Notes: a model not told the origin generated them from the sequence alone. A DNA stretch of 56,327 nt from an uncultured Candidatus Saccharibacteria bacterium (GCA_964469335.1 CAYXYK010000005.1:1-56327); one strand, 5' to 3'; positions 8,911-18,883 are shown, counted from the first letter of the stretch. A program made the numbers and translations.

Positions 8911-9834
8911 ATGACCGCCGCATTAGCGATAAAGGGACTCAAGAAGACCTACGCCTCGGGTACCGTCGCACTGAAAGGGGTAGATCTCACCATCCCAAAA
9001 GGGGATTTCTTCGCGTTGCTTGGTCCGAATGGCGCCGGAAAATCGACACTCATCAACATCGTCTGCGGGCTCGTGAACAAGACTGATGGCACGGTGTACA
9101 TCGATGGACTCTCGATCGACGACAATGCACCGAAGGCGAAGATGCACGTCGGAGTAGTTCCGCAGGAATTCAACTTTGGCATCTTCGAGAAGATCATCGA
9201 CATCGTCGTGAATCAGGCGGGTTATTACGGTATTCCGAGGAAGGTGGCGATACCTCGTGCCGAGCATTACCTGAAGCAGCTTGGTCTATGGGAGAAACGT
9301 AACAATAAAGCGATGGAGCTTTCAGGTGGGATGAAGCGCCGTCTCATGATCGCTCGTGCGCTGGTGCATGATCCCGAGCTCCTGATCCTCGACGAGCCGA
9401 CCACGGGTGTCGATATCGAGCTTCGGCGTGGGATGTGGGAGTTCCTCACTGAGCTCAACAAGAGTGGTGTCACTATCATCCTCACCACGCACTATCTCGA
9501 GGAGGCCGAGCAGCTTTGCCGCAATGTCGCGATCATCAGTGGCGGTAGCATCGTTGCGGAAGGGGAGATCAAGAAGCTCCTCGCCAACATGGACGATGAG
9601 ACTTTCGTGTTCGATCTCGACAAGGACCCCGATGAGAAGCTCATTGCAGCGTTCAAGTCACATGCTGCGCACCGGCCACGCGAATCATCCCTCGAACTCA
9701 CGCTCACCAAGGCATACCCTCTGAACTCTGCGGTGCTCGAGCTGAACCGAGAGGGATATCACGTTCTGAGTCTCCGTAACAAGACCAACCGCCTCGAGGA
9801 ATTCTTCGTTAAACATACCAACAAGTCTGTATGA
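8911..9834 (+). CDS. ABC transporter ATP-binding protein (YadG-like)
   Basis: Walker A GPNGAGKS, signature LSGGMKRR, Walker B LLILDEP, H-loop TTHY. Confidence 0.93.
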   Translation: MTAALAIKGLKKTYASGTVALKGVDLTIPKGDFFALLGPNGAGKSTLINIVCGLVNKTDGTVYIDGLSIDDNAPKAKMHVGVVPQEFNFGIFEKIIDIVVNQAGYYGIPRKVAIPRAEHYLKQLGLWEKRNNKAMELSGGMKRRLMIARALVHDPELLILDEPTTGVDIELRRGMWEFLTELNKSGVTIILTTHYLEEAEQLCRNVAIISGGSIVAEGEIKKLLANMDDETFVFDLDKDPDEKLIAAFKSHAAHRPRESSLELTLTKAYPLNSAVLELNREGYHVLSLRNKTNRLEEFFVKHTNKSV

Positions 9835-10604
9835 ACCCATCACAAATGTGGACAAGCTACTACACCATCGTACGTAAAGAAGTCGTGCGACTCTTTCGTA
9901 TCTGGTCACAGACCTTTCTCCCGCCGGTGATCACCACCTCCCTCTACTTTCTGATCTTCGGGAAGTTTATCGGAAGCCAGATCGAGCCGATAGGGGATGT
10001 CACCTACATGCAGTTCATCGTCCCCGGTCTGGTGATGATGTCGGTGATCATGCAGTCATTCATGAACTCGGCGTTCACGTTCTACATGGCGAAGTTCCAG
10101 AAGACCCTTGAAGAGGTCGCCGTGTCGCCTACGCCGTATCTTATTGTGATACTCGGACATGTATCTGCTGCGGTCATCCGCGGAATGATCACCGCAGGGA
10201 TCATCCTCGGTGTTGCGCTGTTCTTCACTCCGATCCACGTCCACTCGTATCTCCTTACTGTCGTGTTCATCTTCCTTTCCGCGCTGCTGTTCGCCCTTGC
10301 TGGGCTCATCAATGGCGTGTTCGCCAACTCGTTCGATACCGTACAGATCTTCCCGACCTTCGTACTCACTCCGCTGACGTATCTTGGTGGCGTCTTCTAT
10401 TCGGTGCACCTCCTCCCGCCTATTTGGCAAACGATCTCCTACGCTAACCCGATCGTCTATATGATCAATGGCTTCCGGTACGGCCTCCTCGGTGTCAGCG
10501 ACACCAGTGTTTGGACCTCGTTCTCCGTATTGGTGGCTTTGGTGTTCGTGATGGTGTTTGCGAATTGGTATGTGTTCAAAACTGGCCGCGGCCTTAGGGC
10601 ATAA
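9831..10604 (+). CDS. ABC-2 type permease (YadH-like)
   Basis: RIWSQT.LPPVIT..LYF.IFG, YMQFIVPGL and LTPLTYLGGVFYS motifs; overlaps the ATPase stop. Confidence 0.93.
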   Translation: MNPSQMWTSYYTIVRKEVVRLFRIWSQTFLPPVITTSLYFLIFGKFIGSQIEPIGDVTYMQFIVPGLVMMSVIMQSFMNSAFTFYMAKFQKTLEEVAVSPTPYLIVILGHVSAAVIRGMITAGIILGVALFFTPIHVHSYLLTVVFIFLSALLFALAGLINGVFANSFDTVQIFPTFVLTPLTYLGGVFYSVHLLPPIWQTISYANPIVYMINGFRYGLLGVSDTSVWTSFSVLVALVFVMVFANWYVFKTGRGLRA

Positions 10605-10780
10605 TTCAACTTGAGCGACCTGCTCGTCATTCCTTCGGCAAGTCGAGTCACCATAGATGACTATGGCTTCTCGACATTACCTCAGTCCATGACTTCGCAT
10701 TTCTTCTCAATTTGAATCATGCCGTAATTGCAAGCGATATGAATCTCGCATTAGAAGATTCGCAGGTGTAGAATTATTCC

Positions 10781-11089
10781 ATGAAAAAGAAAGTTGATGA
10801 GCTAGTAACTATACCTGGGATAGGGAAGTCGCTTGCAGAAGATCTCAGGCTCATCGGGATCAGCAAGGTGCATGATCTCTCCGGGAAAGACCCGGAAAAA
10901 CTATACCGAAAGCTTGAGCAGGTGACTGGAGCGCATCAAGACCGCTGCGTGCTCTACACATTTCGCTGCGCGGTCTATTTCGCGAGCGAACAACAGCATG
11001 ATCCGGAATTACTCAAATGGTGGATGTGGTCGGATGAGCATATCTCAAAGAAAGAATTGCGTCACAAGAAAAAAACCCATATAAAATAA
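10781..11089 (+). CDS. Cdd1/pathogenicity-locus family helix-hairpin-helix protein
   Basis: IPGIGKSLAEDL HhH, DRCVLY.FRCAVYFA and LLKWW.W.D motifs. Confidence 0.85.
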   Translation: MKKKVDELVTIPGIGKSLAEDLRLIGISKVHDLSGKDPEKLYRKLEQVTGAHQDRCVLYTFRCAVYFASEQQHDPELLKWWMWSDEHISKKELRHKKKTHIK

Positions 11090-11194
11090 GGGTATATAGG
11101 CTTTCTTTCATAAAAGGCCTTTACAAACAGGGTACTTTCTGCAATGATGTGGGTGGAACAGAGCACTTGCCATCACTCCACCTCAGAGGTATCA

Positions 11195-11229
11195 GGCCCG
11201 TCACCACGAGATCGACGGGCCTTTTTTTT
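11195..11229 (+). terminator. Intrinsic terminator
   Basis: GGCCCGTC...GACGGGCC followed by T8. Confidence 0.8.
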
Positions 11230-11230
11230 A

Positions 11231-11322
11231 CCAATTTTGCCCACCGCACAGAGTGTCGGTGGCAGCAAAATTGAGTATTTCCTGAATCGTCATGAAGGGA
11301 CGATTCAGGAAGCTCCGACTTT
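11231..11322. repeat. Double-hairpin repeat, family B copy 1
   Basis: CCAATTTTGCCCACC...GGTGGCAGCAAAATTGAG then TTCCTGAATCGTC...GACGATTCAGGAA-GCTCC. Confidence 0.85.
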
Positions 11323-11570
11323 TAAGTATCTCGGCGAAAAATAGAGGACTTTCAAAATTTAGCGAAGCAACTTGAGTCTTTTACTTAGGACACATTGGTT
11401 CGCGAGTGTCATCTCGTAACGTCACTTGTTGGTCTCTCTGTCACCATTGTGTCGTAATGCTTTATCCACAGAAATACTCTTGTCGTAGAAAAATAACACG
11501 ATACTATTGTATATGAATCCTGTGGGTTCTTAGTAGCCGGTACCGTCAATGGTCCCGGCTTCTGTTTTTC

Positions 11571-11740
11571 CCAATTTTGCCCACCGCGCAAAGCGTCGGC
11601 GGCTGCAAAATTGAGGATGTCTTAAATCGCCATGTCGAGGCGATTTAAGACCCCCCCAGATTTTTCTCATTGCGCAAAGCGCAATGGTGAAAAATTGAGG
11701 ACTTCCGAAATTGCTATTGCAGAGCAATTTCGGAAGCTCA
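11571..11740. repeat. Double-hairpin repeat, family B copies 2 and 3 in tandem
   Basis: Units at 11571 and ~11658, each with a CAATTTT..AAAATTGAGG hairpin plus a second hairpin. Confidence 0.85.
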
Positions 11741-11816
11741 TTTTTTTTTGAATACTTCTGAAATTACCACAAGGCGACTTTCCTTTCGTTACCATACCCT
11801 GCTACAGTATGTTCCA

Positions 11817-12566
11817 ATGATCATGGATGCATCTGTGAATATACTCCAACTTAACATCGAGCGAGACACACATCTCGCACTCGTAGAAAACCTGCTGCGC
11901 GACAGAACCCCTGATATTGTGACCATGCAAGAAGTGTTCAGTGATGATGTCACTCGGCTTGAGTCGTGCGGCGACTATGCTTCCGCTTTTGTGTCGCTCA
12001 TGACGGATTTTCGTCCCGAATCCGGAGCAGTGAAGAAAGAGGGTTTGCTCATCATGTGGAACAAGCGTTTTTCGCTCGAGAAGAAAGAGGTGAACTTATA
12101 CTACAGTGATCCGAGGGCACATGAAGTACCGACCGGCATGCGTTCATCAAACGAAAGGGAACGCGCGCTCCTCACTGTTGTGCTCACCGAAGGCGAAAAG
12201 ACCTATCGGGTTAGTACCACACATTTCACTCGTACTCCCGATGCGCGTGTCGATGATCTGCAGCGTGCGCATTTTCGCATCATGTCGGGGCTCCTTTCCA
12301 GATACGATGATGCCCACGGTGTGATCCTGACCGGAGACTTCAATACCCCGAGAGGGGACGAATTGTACGACACTCTTGCCGCGACCTATTGTGACAATAT
12401 TCCTCCTGAGGTCGCCACGACTCTCGACCAGCGCCTCCATCGTGTGAACGGTCTCATGTACGTCGTCGACGGACTGTTCACGACGCCGAACTACAGCGTG
12501 AGTGACGTCGAAGTGATTGACGGAGTTAGTGACCACAAGGCGATCGTCGCAAAGATCACTTCGTGA
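11817..12566 (+). CDS. Endonuclease/exonuclease/phosphatase family protein
   Basis: QLNIE, DIVTMQEV, TTHF, ILTGDFN, VDGLF and SDH motifs. Confidence 0.9.
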   Translation: MIMDASVNILQLNIERDTHLALVENLLRDRTPDIVTMQEVFSDDVTRLESCGDYASAFVSLMTDFRPESGAVKKEGLLIMWNKRFSLEKKEVNLYYSDPRAHEVPTGMRSSNERERALLTVVLTEGEKTYRVSTTHFTRTPDARVDDLQRAHFRIMSGLLSRYDDAHGVILTGDFNTPRGDELYDTLAATYCDNIPPEVATTLDQRLHRVNGLMYVVDGLFTTPNYSVSDVEVIDGVSDHKAIVAKITS

Positions 12567-12602
12567 GAAATACGGAAAGTTGTACACAGATTGTCCACGT
12601 TC

Positions 12603-12689
12603 CCAATTTTGCCCACCACGCAAAGCGATGGTGGCTGCAAAATTGAGGACTTCTGAAATCGTCACGAGAAGACGATTTCAGAAGCTCCA
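12603..12689. repeat. Double-hairpin repeat, family B copy 4
   Basis: CCAATTTTGCCCACC..GGTGGCTGCAAAATTGAGGAC then TTCTGAAATCGTC..GACGATTTCAGAA-GCTCC. Confidence 0.85.
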
Positions 12690-12785
12690 AGTATCCACAT
12701 CTTATCCACGTAAAAAATAGGAGCAGGAGGTACAGGTTGTTACAATTATGACAAGCAAACGTTACCGCGTTGCGCGATTCTTTCC

Positions 12786-14789
12786 ATGAGTGACCAAGTG
12801 AGGAAAATCACCATCAATCTGCGTTCGGCTGTGAAAAAACACCCCGAAGCTGCTCCTGTGCACCATGAAGTAAAAGCGCCTCAACATCCTCCTCACGCTG
12901 AGGAGGAGAAAGTCCTCCCCGTGAAAAAAGCGGACAAGCCGCACGTGCGCGTACTCACTGCCCGTCATGCCGAAGAGAAGTCGATCCCGCTCGAAGTGGC
13001 TAAGACGCATCAGACCGCCGCGTCTCCCGTGGTACCCGTCACCCAGCATGCTGAGGCGTTGGTCCCATCAAAAATGGTGGTACCGAAGAAACCGACCCAG
13101 CTTGAGGGCGTCTCAATCGGAGCACTCTCGATCGGCTATTTTTGTATGGAAATGGGACTCGAGAGCGATGTCCCGACCTATGCGGGCGGCCTCGGCATCC
13201 TTGCTGGTGACATGATGAAAAGCTGCGCCGATCTCGACGTCCCCGTCGTCGGAGTCACCCTCTTGTACCGCAAGGGCTATTTCAAACAACGATTCGACCA
13301 CAGCGGCTGGCAGTTCGAAGAAGATGAGTTTTGGGATCCGCGAGAGCATCTGATCCCGCTCGCAAAGGAAGTCGTCGTCGAACTTGAAGGCCGAAGGGTC
13401 CACGTGCGCGCATGGATGTACAAACTCTCCGGAGCGCGAGGGAGAGTGAATCCGATTCTCTTCCTCGATACCGATATCGAAGGCAATAGCGACGACGACC
13501 GTCATCTCACTGACCGGCTCTATACCGGTGACTCGCGCTATCGACTGCTGCAGGAGGCGATCCTCGGCATCGCCGGAGTCCGGATGCTCATCGCTCTTGG
13601 TGCGACGAATATCCAGAAGTTCCACATGAACGAAGGGCATTCGGCGCTACTCACCATTGAACTCTATCGCCAGTATGCTTCCTGCGCTGAGCCGATCGAA
13701 GAGGTCCGCCGTCGTACGGTGTTCACCACCCATACGCCGGTCGCCGCAGGGCACGACATCTTCGGGCAAGACCTCGCACTCTCGGTTCTGGGTGTGCACT
13801 TCGTTCCGTCCGCTATCGAAAGTATCGTCTTCCGGAGTGGGGTCCTGCATATGACCGAACTTGCGATGCATTTCGCGGGATTCATCAACGGAGTCGCGAA
13901 ACGTCACGGAGAAGTGACTCGTCAGCTTTTCCCGGGCTACTCGATCGAATCCATCACCAACGGTGTCTATGCGGCAGGTTGGGTCGGCCCGGGCATGGCA
14001 CGCCTCTACGATCATTACCTTCCCGGCTGGAAGACCGATCCGTATTCACTTCGCTATGCGCTTTCCATTCCTACCGAAGATCTCTGGCAGGGGCACATGG
14101 ATGACAAGCGTGCGCTCATCAAGTACGTCAACGAGACGCACAATGCAGAGATGGACCCCGACGTCTTCACCATCGGTTTCGCTCGTCGTGCGACCGAGTA
14201 CAAGCGCGGCAACATGTTGTTCGCTGACGTCGAACGACTCGCGCGCATTGCAGAGAAGTCGAAGGGAATACAGATCATCTATGCCGGCAAGGCACACCCT
14301 GCAGACAACAACGGCAAACTGCTCATCCAGGAGATCATGCGCAACATGGAGCGTCTCGGTAGTAAGGTACGGTGCATCTATCTCACCAACTACGACATGA
14401 AGATGGCGAAGCGGCTGGTCGCCGGTGTCGACCTGTGGCTCAACACTCCGACGAGGCCGCAGGAAGCATCAGGAACATCAGGGATGAAGGCAGCATGTAA
14501 CGGCGTGCCACAATTCTCCATCCTCGATGGTTGGTGGATCGAAGGACACATCGAGGGAGTGACCGGCTATTCGATCGGTGCGCATCCGGAAGAAGGTGAG
14601 CGCCCGAATGCCAACTACGAGGATATCGAGGACATGTACCGCAAGCTCGAATATGTCATCCTTCCGCGTTTCGAGAACGAGCATGATCGTTGGGTCAAGA
14701 TGATGCGACAGGCGATCGCGGTGAACGGGTCGTTCTTCAATACTCATCGCATGGTCGAACAGTACGTCCTCGGGGCATATTTCAAATGA
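12786..14789 (+). CDS. glgP: Alpha-glucan (glycogen/maltodextrin) phosphorylase, GT35
   Basis: YFCMEMG, YAGGLGILAGD, HMNEGH, FTTHTPV, ITNGV, GFARRATEYKR and EASGTSGMKA (PLP lysine) motifs; ~115-aa low-complexity N-terminal extension, start uncertain. Confidence 0.95.
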   Translation: MSDQVRKITINLRSAVKKHPEAAPVHHEVKAPQHPPHAEEEKVLPVKKADKPHVRVLTARHAEEKSIPLEVAKTHQTAASPVVPVTQHAEALVPSKMVVPKKPTQLEGVSIGALSIGYFCMEMGLESDVPTYAGGLGILAGDMMKSCADLDVPVVGVTLLYRKGYFKQRFDHSGWQFEEDEFWDPREHLIPLAKEVVVELEGRRVHVRAWMYKLSGARGRVNPILFLDTDIEGNSDDDRHLTDRLYTGDSRYRLLQEAILGIAGVRMLIALGATNIQKFHMNEGHSALLTIELYRQYASCAEPIEEVRRRTVFTTHTPVAAGHDIFGQDLALSVLGVHFVPSAIESIVFRSGVLHMTELAMHFAGFINGVAKRHGEVTRQLFPGYSIESITNGVYAAGWVGPGMARLYDHYLPGWKTDPYSLRYALSIPTEDLWQGHMDDKRALIKYVNETHNAEMDPDVFTIGFARRATEYKRGNMLFADVERLARIAEKSKGIQIIYAGKAHPADNNGKLLIQEIMRNMERLGSKVRCIYLTNYDMKMAKRLVAGVDLWLNTPTRPQEASGTSGMKAACNGVPQFSILDGWWIEGHIEGVTGYSIGAHPEEGERPNANYEDIEDMYRKLEYVILPRFENEHDRWVKMMRQAIAVNGSFFNTHRMVEQYVLGAYFK

Positions 14790-14901
14790 TTTTGGGTCAT
14801 AGCATTGTTGCGTGCGTCACGAGTCGGCTCAATGTGCAGTCAGCACATCTCACCGACATCGTTCCTGCGCGCCTCGCTCTGACCTCAAAATAATTTGAAA
14901 T
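14779..14901. repeat. Long fold-back hairpin whose outer stem includes the glgP stop codon
   Basis: ATTTCAAATGATTTTGGGTCA pairs with TGACCTCAAAATAATTTGAAAT; inner stems GTCGG/CCGAC and ATGTGC/GCACAT. Confidence 0.8.
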
Positions 14902-14967
14902 AATATGTAAGTTTGCACTCGACGTCATTCCTCAGAATTTCAATAAAATATTTGCTATACTATATAT

Positions 14968-15831
14968 ATGAACGAAGCGAGTACTCAGAAGCTCATCTAT
15001 GTTGCGGTCGCGCTGATCGCGCTCACTGTCGGGATCTCGATCGCGAATATGCCGTCCGGGAAAGGGACGACTGACCCTGCATCGCTCTTTGCGACGCCGG
15101 ACGAAAGTGCCCCCTCGTGCAATGTCGCACTTATCCGACTCCATGGCGGACTCACGACCTATTACGACAGCTACTACGATCCGACCGACCCCAACGCCTA
15201 CAACCCGGGGACCATCGTCGATTCCGAATACCTTGTTTCAGAGATCGAGAATGCCGACGCATCGAGTTCTATAGAAGCCATCGTGCTCCAGGTCGACTCG
15301 ACTGGCGGGAGTCCCGTTGCGGCTGAAGAGGTCGCGAACGCGCTTCGTCGCGCCGACAAGCCGACCGTCGCACTCATCCGCGCCGAGGGGCTCTCTGCTG
15401 CATATTGGTCCGCGACCGGTGCGGATGTCATCTTCGCCGCCGAGAACGCTGAAGTCGGTTCGATCGGCGTCACTTCCTCTTACGTCGATCAAGCGAAACG
15501 CAATTCGAAAGACGGCTTCACGTTCCACTCGATCTCGACGGGTGTCTACAAGGACATGTTCAATTCCAACAAGGAACTCACCAAGGACGAAGAGCGACTC
15601 ATCCGCGAGGAGATCGCGGTCATTTTCGACAATTTCGTGAATACTGTCAGCCGCAACCGCGGACTTGCTGTCGCATCCATCACTCCGGAGCTCACTACGG
15701 GGGCACCGTTCACCGCACCGTTCGCGCTCGAGCGCGGGCTCATCGACCGTATCGGTGACAAGGAATCGGTCCGCGGTTATCTCTCCGAGATTCTCAAGAA
15801 GCCGAAACAAGAAGTCATCTATTGCCGCTGA
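14968..15831 (+). CDS. sppA: Signal peptide peptidase SppA (S49)
   Basis: N-terminal TM, VDSTGGSPVAA, SAAYWSA, VGSIGV and GVYKD motifs. Confidence 0.9.
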   Translation: MNEASTQKLIYVAVALIALTVGISIANMPSGKGTTDPASLFATPDESAPSCNVALIRLHGGLTTYYDSYYDPTDPNAYNPGTIVDSEYLVSEIENADASSSIEAIVLQVDSTGGSPVAAEEVANALRRADKPTVALIRAEGLSAAYWSATGADVIFAAENAEVGSIGVTSSYVDQAKRNSKDGFTFHSISTGVYKDMFNSNKELTKDEERLIREEIAVIFDNFVNTVSRNRGLAVASITPELTTGAPFTAPFALERGLIDRIGDKESVRGYLSEILKKPKQEVIYCR

Positions 15832-15832
15832 T

Positions 15833-16489
15833 ATGTTGTTCGCACACGAAACGCTCAAACGTGATCTCAGGAATGCTCGCCGGATACTCTGGTGGTCGTT
15901 CACGCTCGAGCTCCTCTCTGCGTCGCTCGCGGGTCTCGGTCTCTCCTATGGCGTCTATGCGCTCCTCGTCCTCGGCTTTTCGGTGACCTTACTCCTCGCA
16001 TATTACCTCCTCTTCCTCGGCTTCTCCCGACTCGCGAAGCATTTCCATGTCATGCCGCTCTTTTGGGTGTTCGTCGCGCAGATGATGTTCAGTGTCTTTT
16101 TCGCCGTCTTCGACGTGATTGAGAAACTCTCTTTCTATGGCATGGAGGACCCGTACCTCAAGATGGCGAGCAGTGTCGCACTCATTACCGGCGCTGTGCT
16201 CACATTCATGTACGGTGTCTATATCATGCGGTTCCCATACAAGAAATTCGGCGGCATCCTACTGCGCATCCGCATGGTGAACATCGCGAAAGCGTTCCTC
16301 ATGGTCGCACTCGTCTATATCGGCGCGACCGATGGTGGGGAGTATGGCAAGTCGGCACTCTTCGGCATCGTCTCGCTCGGCGCTCTTACGATGATCGTCG
16401 TTTGCAATATCTATGATTTCGTCCTTCTTGGGAAGTCACTTCGCCTCCTCGGGGGAGTGTTGCCGCATCCCGCGCCGCGTCCGTCCTAA
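15833..16489 (+). CDS. Hypothetical multi-pass membrane protein
   Basis: About six hydrophobic helices; ATG 2 nt after the sppA stop. Confidence 0.7.
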   Translation: MLFAHETLKRDLRNARRILWWSFTLELLSASLAGLGLSYGVYALLVLGFSVTLLLAYYLLFLGFSRLAKHFHVMPLFWVFVAQMMFSVFFAVFDVIEKLSFYGMEDPYLKMASSVALITGAVLTFMYGVYIMRFPYKKFGGILLRIRMVNIAKAFLMVALVYIGATDGGEYGKSALFGIVSLGALTMIVVCNIYDFVLLGKSLRLLGGVLPHPAPRPS

Positions 16490-16495
16490 GTCTCC

Positions 16496-16984
16496 ATGAA
16501 CACGTCACTTCGCACCGCACTTTTTCTCACCGCAGCTCTTGCCCTTGTGACCGTCCTCTTCGGCGCATACTTGTCGTATGCGAATGGACATCCGGTTCTC
16601 GAGCCTCGCGGGGAAGTAGCAACGGTCGCTCATCTTGTGGGTGGGACGACCACCATCGCGATCGAGTACGCGATCACTCCGGAAGCGCATGAGCGCGGAC
16701 TTTCGGGACGTGCGTCACTTGCAGAAGGGAGCGGACTCCTGTTCGTCTTCGACCGTGCTGATACTTATCAGTTCTGGATGCCGGATATGCATTTTGCGAT
16801 CGATATCATCTGGATCGGAGAGGACAAACGCATCGTCGATATCTCCGAAGGGGTCACTCCCGAGTCATATCCGACCCTGTTCCGTCCGCGCCTGCCCGCT
16901 CGCTACGTACTCGAGGTGAATGCGGGAGACACCCATAGATGGGGTTGGGGAGTCGGAACTCCGCTTTCGTTCGCGACTAATTGA
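16496..16984 (+). CDS. DUF192 family protein
   Basis: RGLSGR, GLLFVF, FWMPDMHFAIDIIWI and ARYVLEVNAG motifs. Confidence 0.92.
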   Translation: MNTSLRTALFLTAALALVTVLFGAYLSYANGHPVLEPRGEVATVAHLVGGTTTIAIEYAITPEAHERGLSGRASLAEGSGLLFVFDRADTYQFWMPDMHFAIDIIWIGEDKRIVDISEGVTPESYPTLFRPRLPARYVLEVNAGDTHRWGWGVGTPLSFATN

Positions 16985-18542
16985 ACTCGCGATCATAGAA
17001 CCTGCGCATCAGCTGTGCCGCCATGTATTCAGTGGGGGCGAAGTCGTCGGTGAGTATCGGATAGTTACTGAGATCTGCGTGCTCGACGCTCACATGGAGG
17101 GGGTACGTGCGCACTCCGTTTTTTGCGTTCGGGTCGAGCGTGCGATACTCGCCGTCGGTGCGTTCGATCGGAACATCGCTGCCCGCCAGAATGAAGTTCT
17201 GCATCATCGTCGAGGTCGATGACTCGACAGGGAACACCAGCACATGGGGGAATACCGAACGCATGGTGCGTATCTCACCGTAGAGCATCGACCCGGGGAA
17301 TTCCATGCTGCTGCCGATCACGTTCGCAAGGAAGATCCCTTGCGGCGCCAACTTCCGCTTCGCTTCCGCAAAGAATTCCTTGGTAGCCATATGGGCGGGG
17401 ACCGAGTTCATCGTATAGTACACGTCGCTGAAGATCAGGTCGTAGGTCGTCGTGCTTTCGAACAGGAACCTTCGCCCGTCAGCGATGTGTGTGCGGATAT
17501 TCGCACGCTCGGGCAGTCTGAACCATTCCGCAGCGATCCGCTCGATTCCTGGTTCGATATCGACGACGTCGATGACCGTGTCCGGCAGTTCCCGCTGCAG
17601 CAGCTTCGGCATGGTGTAGGCACCCGCTCCGATGAAGAGCGCGCGCTCCGGCTGCGCATTCGTGAGCCGATGCAGTCGATAGAAATCGGTATACGGGAAC
17701 ACCGACAGCGAATCATCACCGAGATACATGCCCGACGAAGTGGTCTTGTCCTGTACGAATAGTCGCACGGGCTTCCCGTTCATCTCTCTTTCCGTGACGG
17801 AGAGTTGTTCGTAGACACCATCTCGCACGAAGCGTACCTCACTCGCGCGATCATAGTGGCTGAACCCGTAGATGATGGATGCGATCACAACGAGGAACGC
17901 AAGATCAATGAGCCTTCTTCCTTTGTCGCGACCCTTCGCGTGCGTCGTCCTCCCGAGACTGCCGAGAAGGAGGATGCTGAGGGTGAGGATGAAGAGGATG
18001 TTCCTGATCCCGGCGTGGGGGAGGAGGATGAACCCTGTCCCGATGGCACCGACGATCGAACCGAAGGTCGACCAGAAGAACAACGAACCGATTTTGATGG
18101 AGACCTCATTTCCGTTCTTGGTCGCGAGCGCGATCGCGACCGGTGAGAGCTTGCCCATGAAATAACTCGGAAGAAAGAACATGAAGAGTGACCAGATGAC
18201 CGGTCCCGAGCGGAGCGAAAAGAAGTATCCTCCGTAGGGGAGGACCATCACCTGGATGAAGAAGAGGAGGAGCAGTGCCTCTCCGGCATGCTGGATGATC
18301 TGGTAGAACTGTTCGACATGCTGCACCTTCGCTCCTTCTTTCCCGCCGCGATAGTAGCCGAGCGAGAGCGCGCCGAGCGTCACCCCGATCACGCTCGAGA
18401 CGGTGTAGATGGTGTTTCCGTAGTATGGAGAGATGATGCGCGTCGCCGCCACCTCGACGATCAGCACCGCAGCGCCGGTAATGAAGAGGATGCACTCATA
18501 GCGGTGCCGATCCCACCAGTGCGATAGCGTTTCGCGTGTCAT
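16977..18542 (-). CDS. Fused MFS-like membrane / spermidine synthase-like SAM-dependent protein
   Basis: GAAVLIVEVAATRII.PYYG membrane part; FIGAGAY, VVDIEP, HIADGRRF, YDLIFSD and ILTDDFAP motifs; start MTRETL. Confidence 0.88.
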   Translation of the reverse strand: MTRETLSHWWDRHRYECILFITGAAVLIVEVAATRIISPYYGNTIYTVSSVIGVTLGALSLGYYRGGKEGAKVQHVEQFYQIIQHAGEALLLLFFIQVMVLPYGGYFFSLRSGPVIWSLFMFFLPSYFMGKLSPVAIALATKNGNEVSIKIGSLFFWSTFGSIVGAIGTGFILLPHAGIRNILFILTLSILLLGSLGRTTHAKGRDKGRRLIDLAFLVVIASIIYGFSHYDRASEVRFVRDGVYEQLSVTEREMNGKPVRLFVQDKTTSSGMYLGDDSLSVFPYTDFYRLHRLTNAQPERALFIGAGAYTMPKLLQRELPDTVIDVVDIEPGIERIAAEWFRLPERANIRTHIADGRRFLFESTTTYDLIFSDVYYTMNSVPAHMATKEFFAEAKRKLAPQGIFLANVIGSSMEFPGSMLYGEIRTMRSVFPHVLVFPVESSTSTMMQNFILAGSDVPIERTDGEYRTLDPNAKNGVRTYPLHVSVEHADLSNYPILTDDFAPTEYMAAQLMRRFYDREFN

Positions 18543-18646
18543 TTGAGGGGAATCATAGCACGCATTGCAAGCGATTTTCTGTACTCCGAAACAGGAAAAA
18601 AGGGACGTCAATACTATCAAAAAGTATAGTAATTATATTCGACCAT

Positions 18647-18721
18647 TTATTCACATGTGGATAGTAGTTTTCCACTAGGAAACTCCTTGATATTTCACAG
18701 TTTTCCCCGAAGTTATCCACA
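18647..18721. promoter_or_regulatory. Cluster of DnaA-box-like 9-mers upstream of nrdJ
   Basis: TTATTCACA 18647, TGTGGATAG 18656, TTATCCACA 18713. Confidence 0.5.
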
Positions 18722-18883
18722 GTTTGGAGCAGTGAAAATTGAGAGCTACAATGTGTCTACCAACGCCGTGATTTTTTACCATCTCATGATGCTGGTCGCG
18801 TGTAGAAAACTATCCAAAGAGACACTGTAGATTTGTCCTTTTGGATAGCCTTCTCGCGAATTTATTTCATTCACATTACCCAC

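Noticed and set aside
11231-12689. Family B repeats as a CRISPR array
   Set aside because: Units are ~90 bp, divergent, irregularly spaced and separated by a gene; there are no unique constant-length spacers and no cas genes.
18647-18721. Replication origin
   Set aside because: Only about three boxes, no adjacent dnaA/dnaN and no clear DUE; a regulatory role is more plausible.
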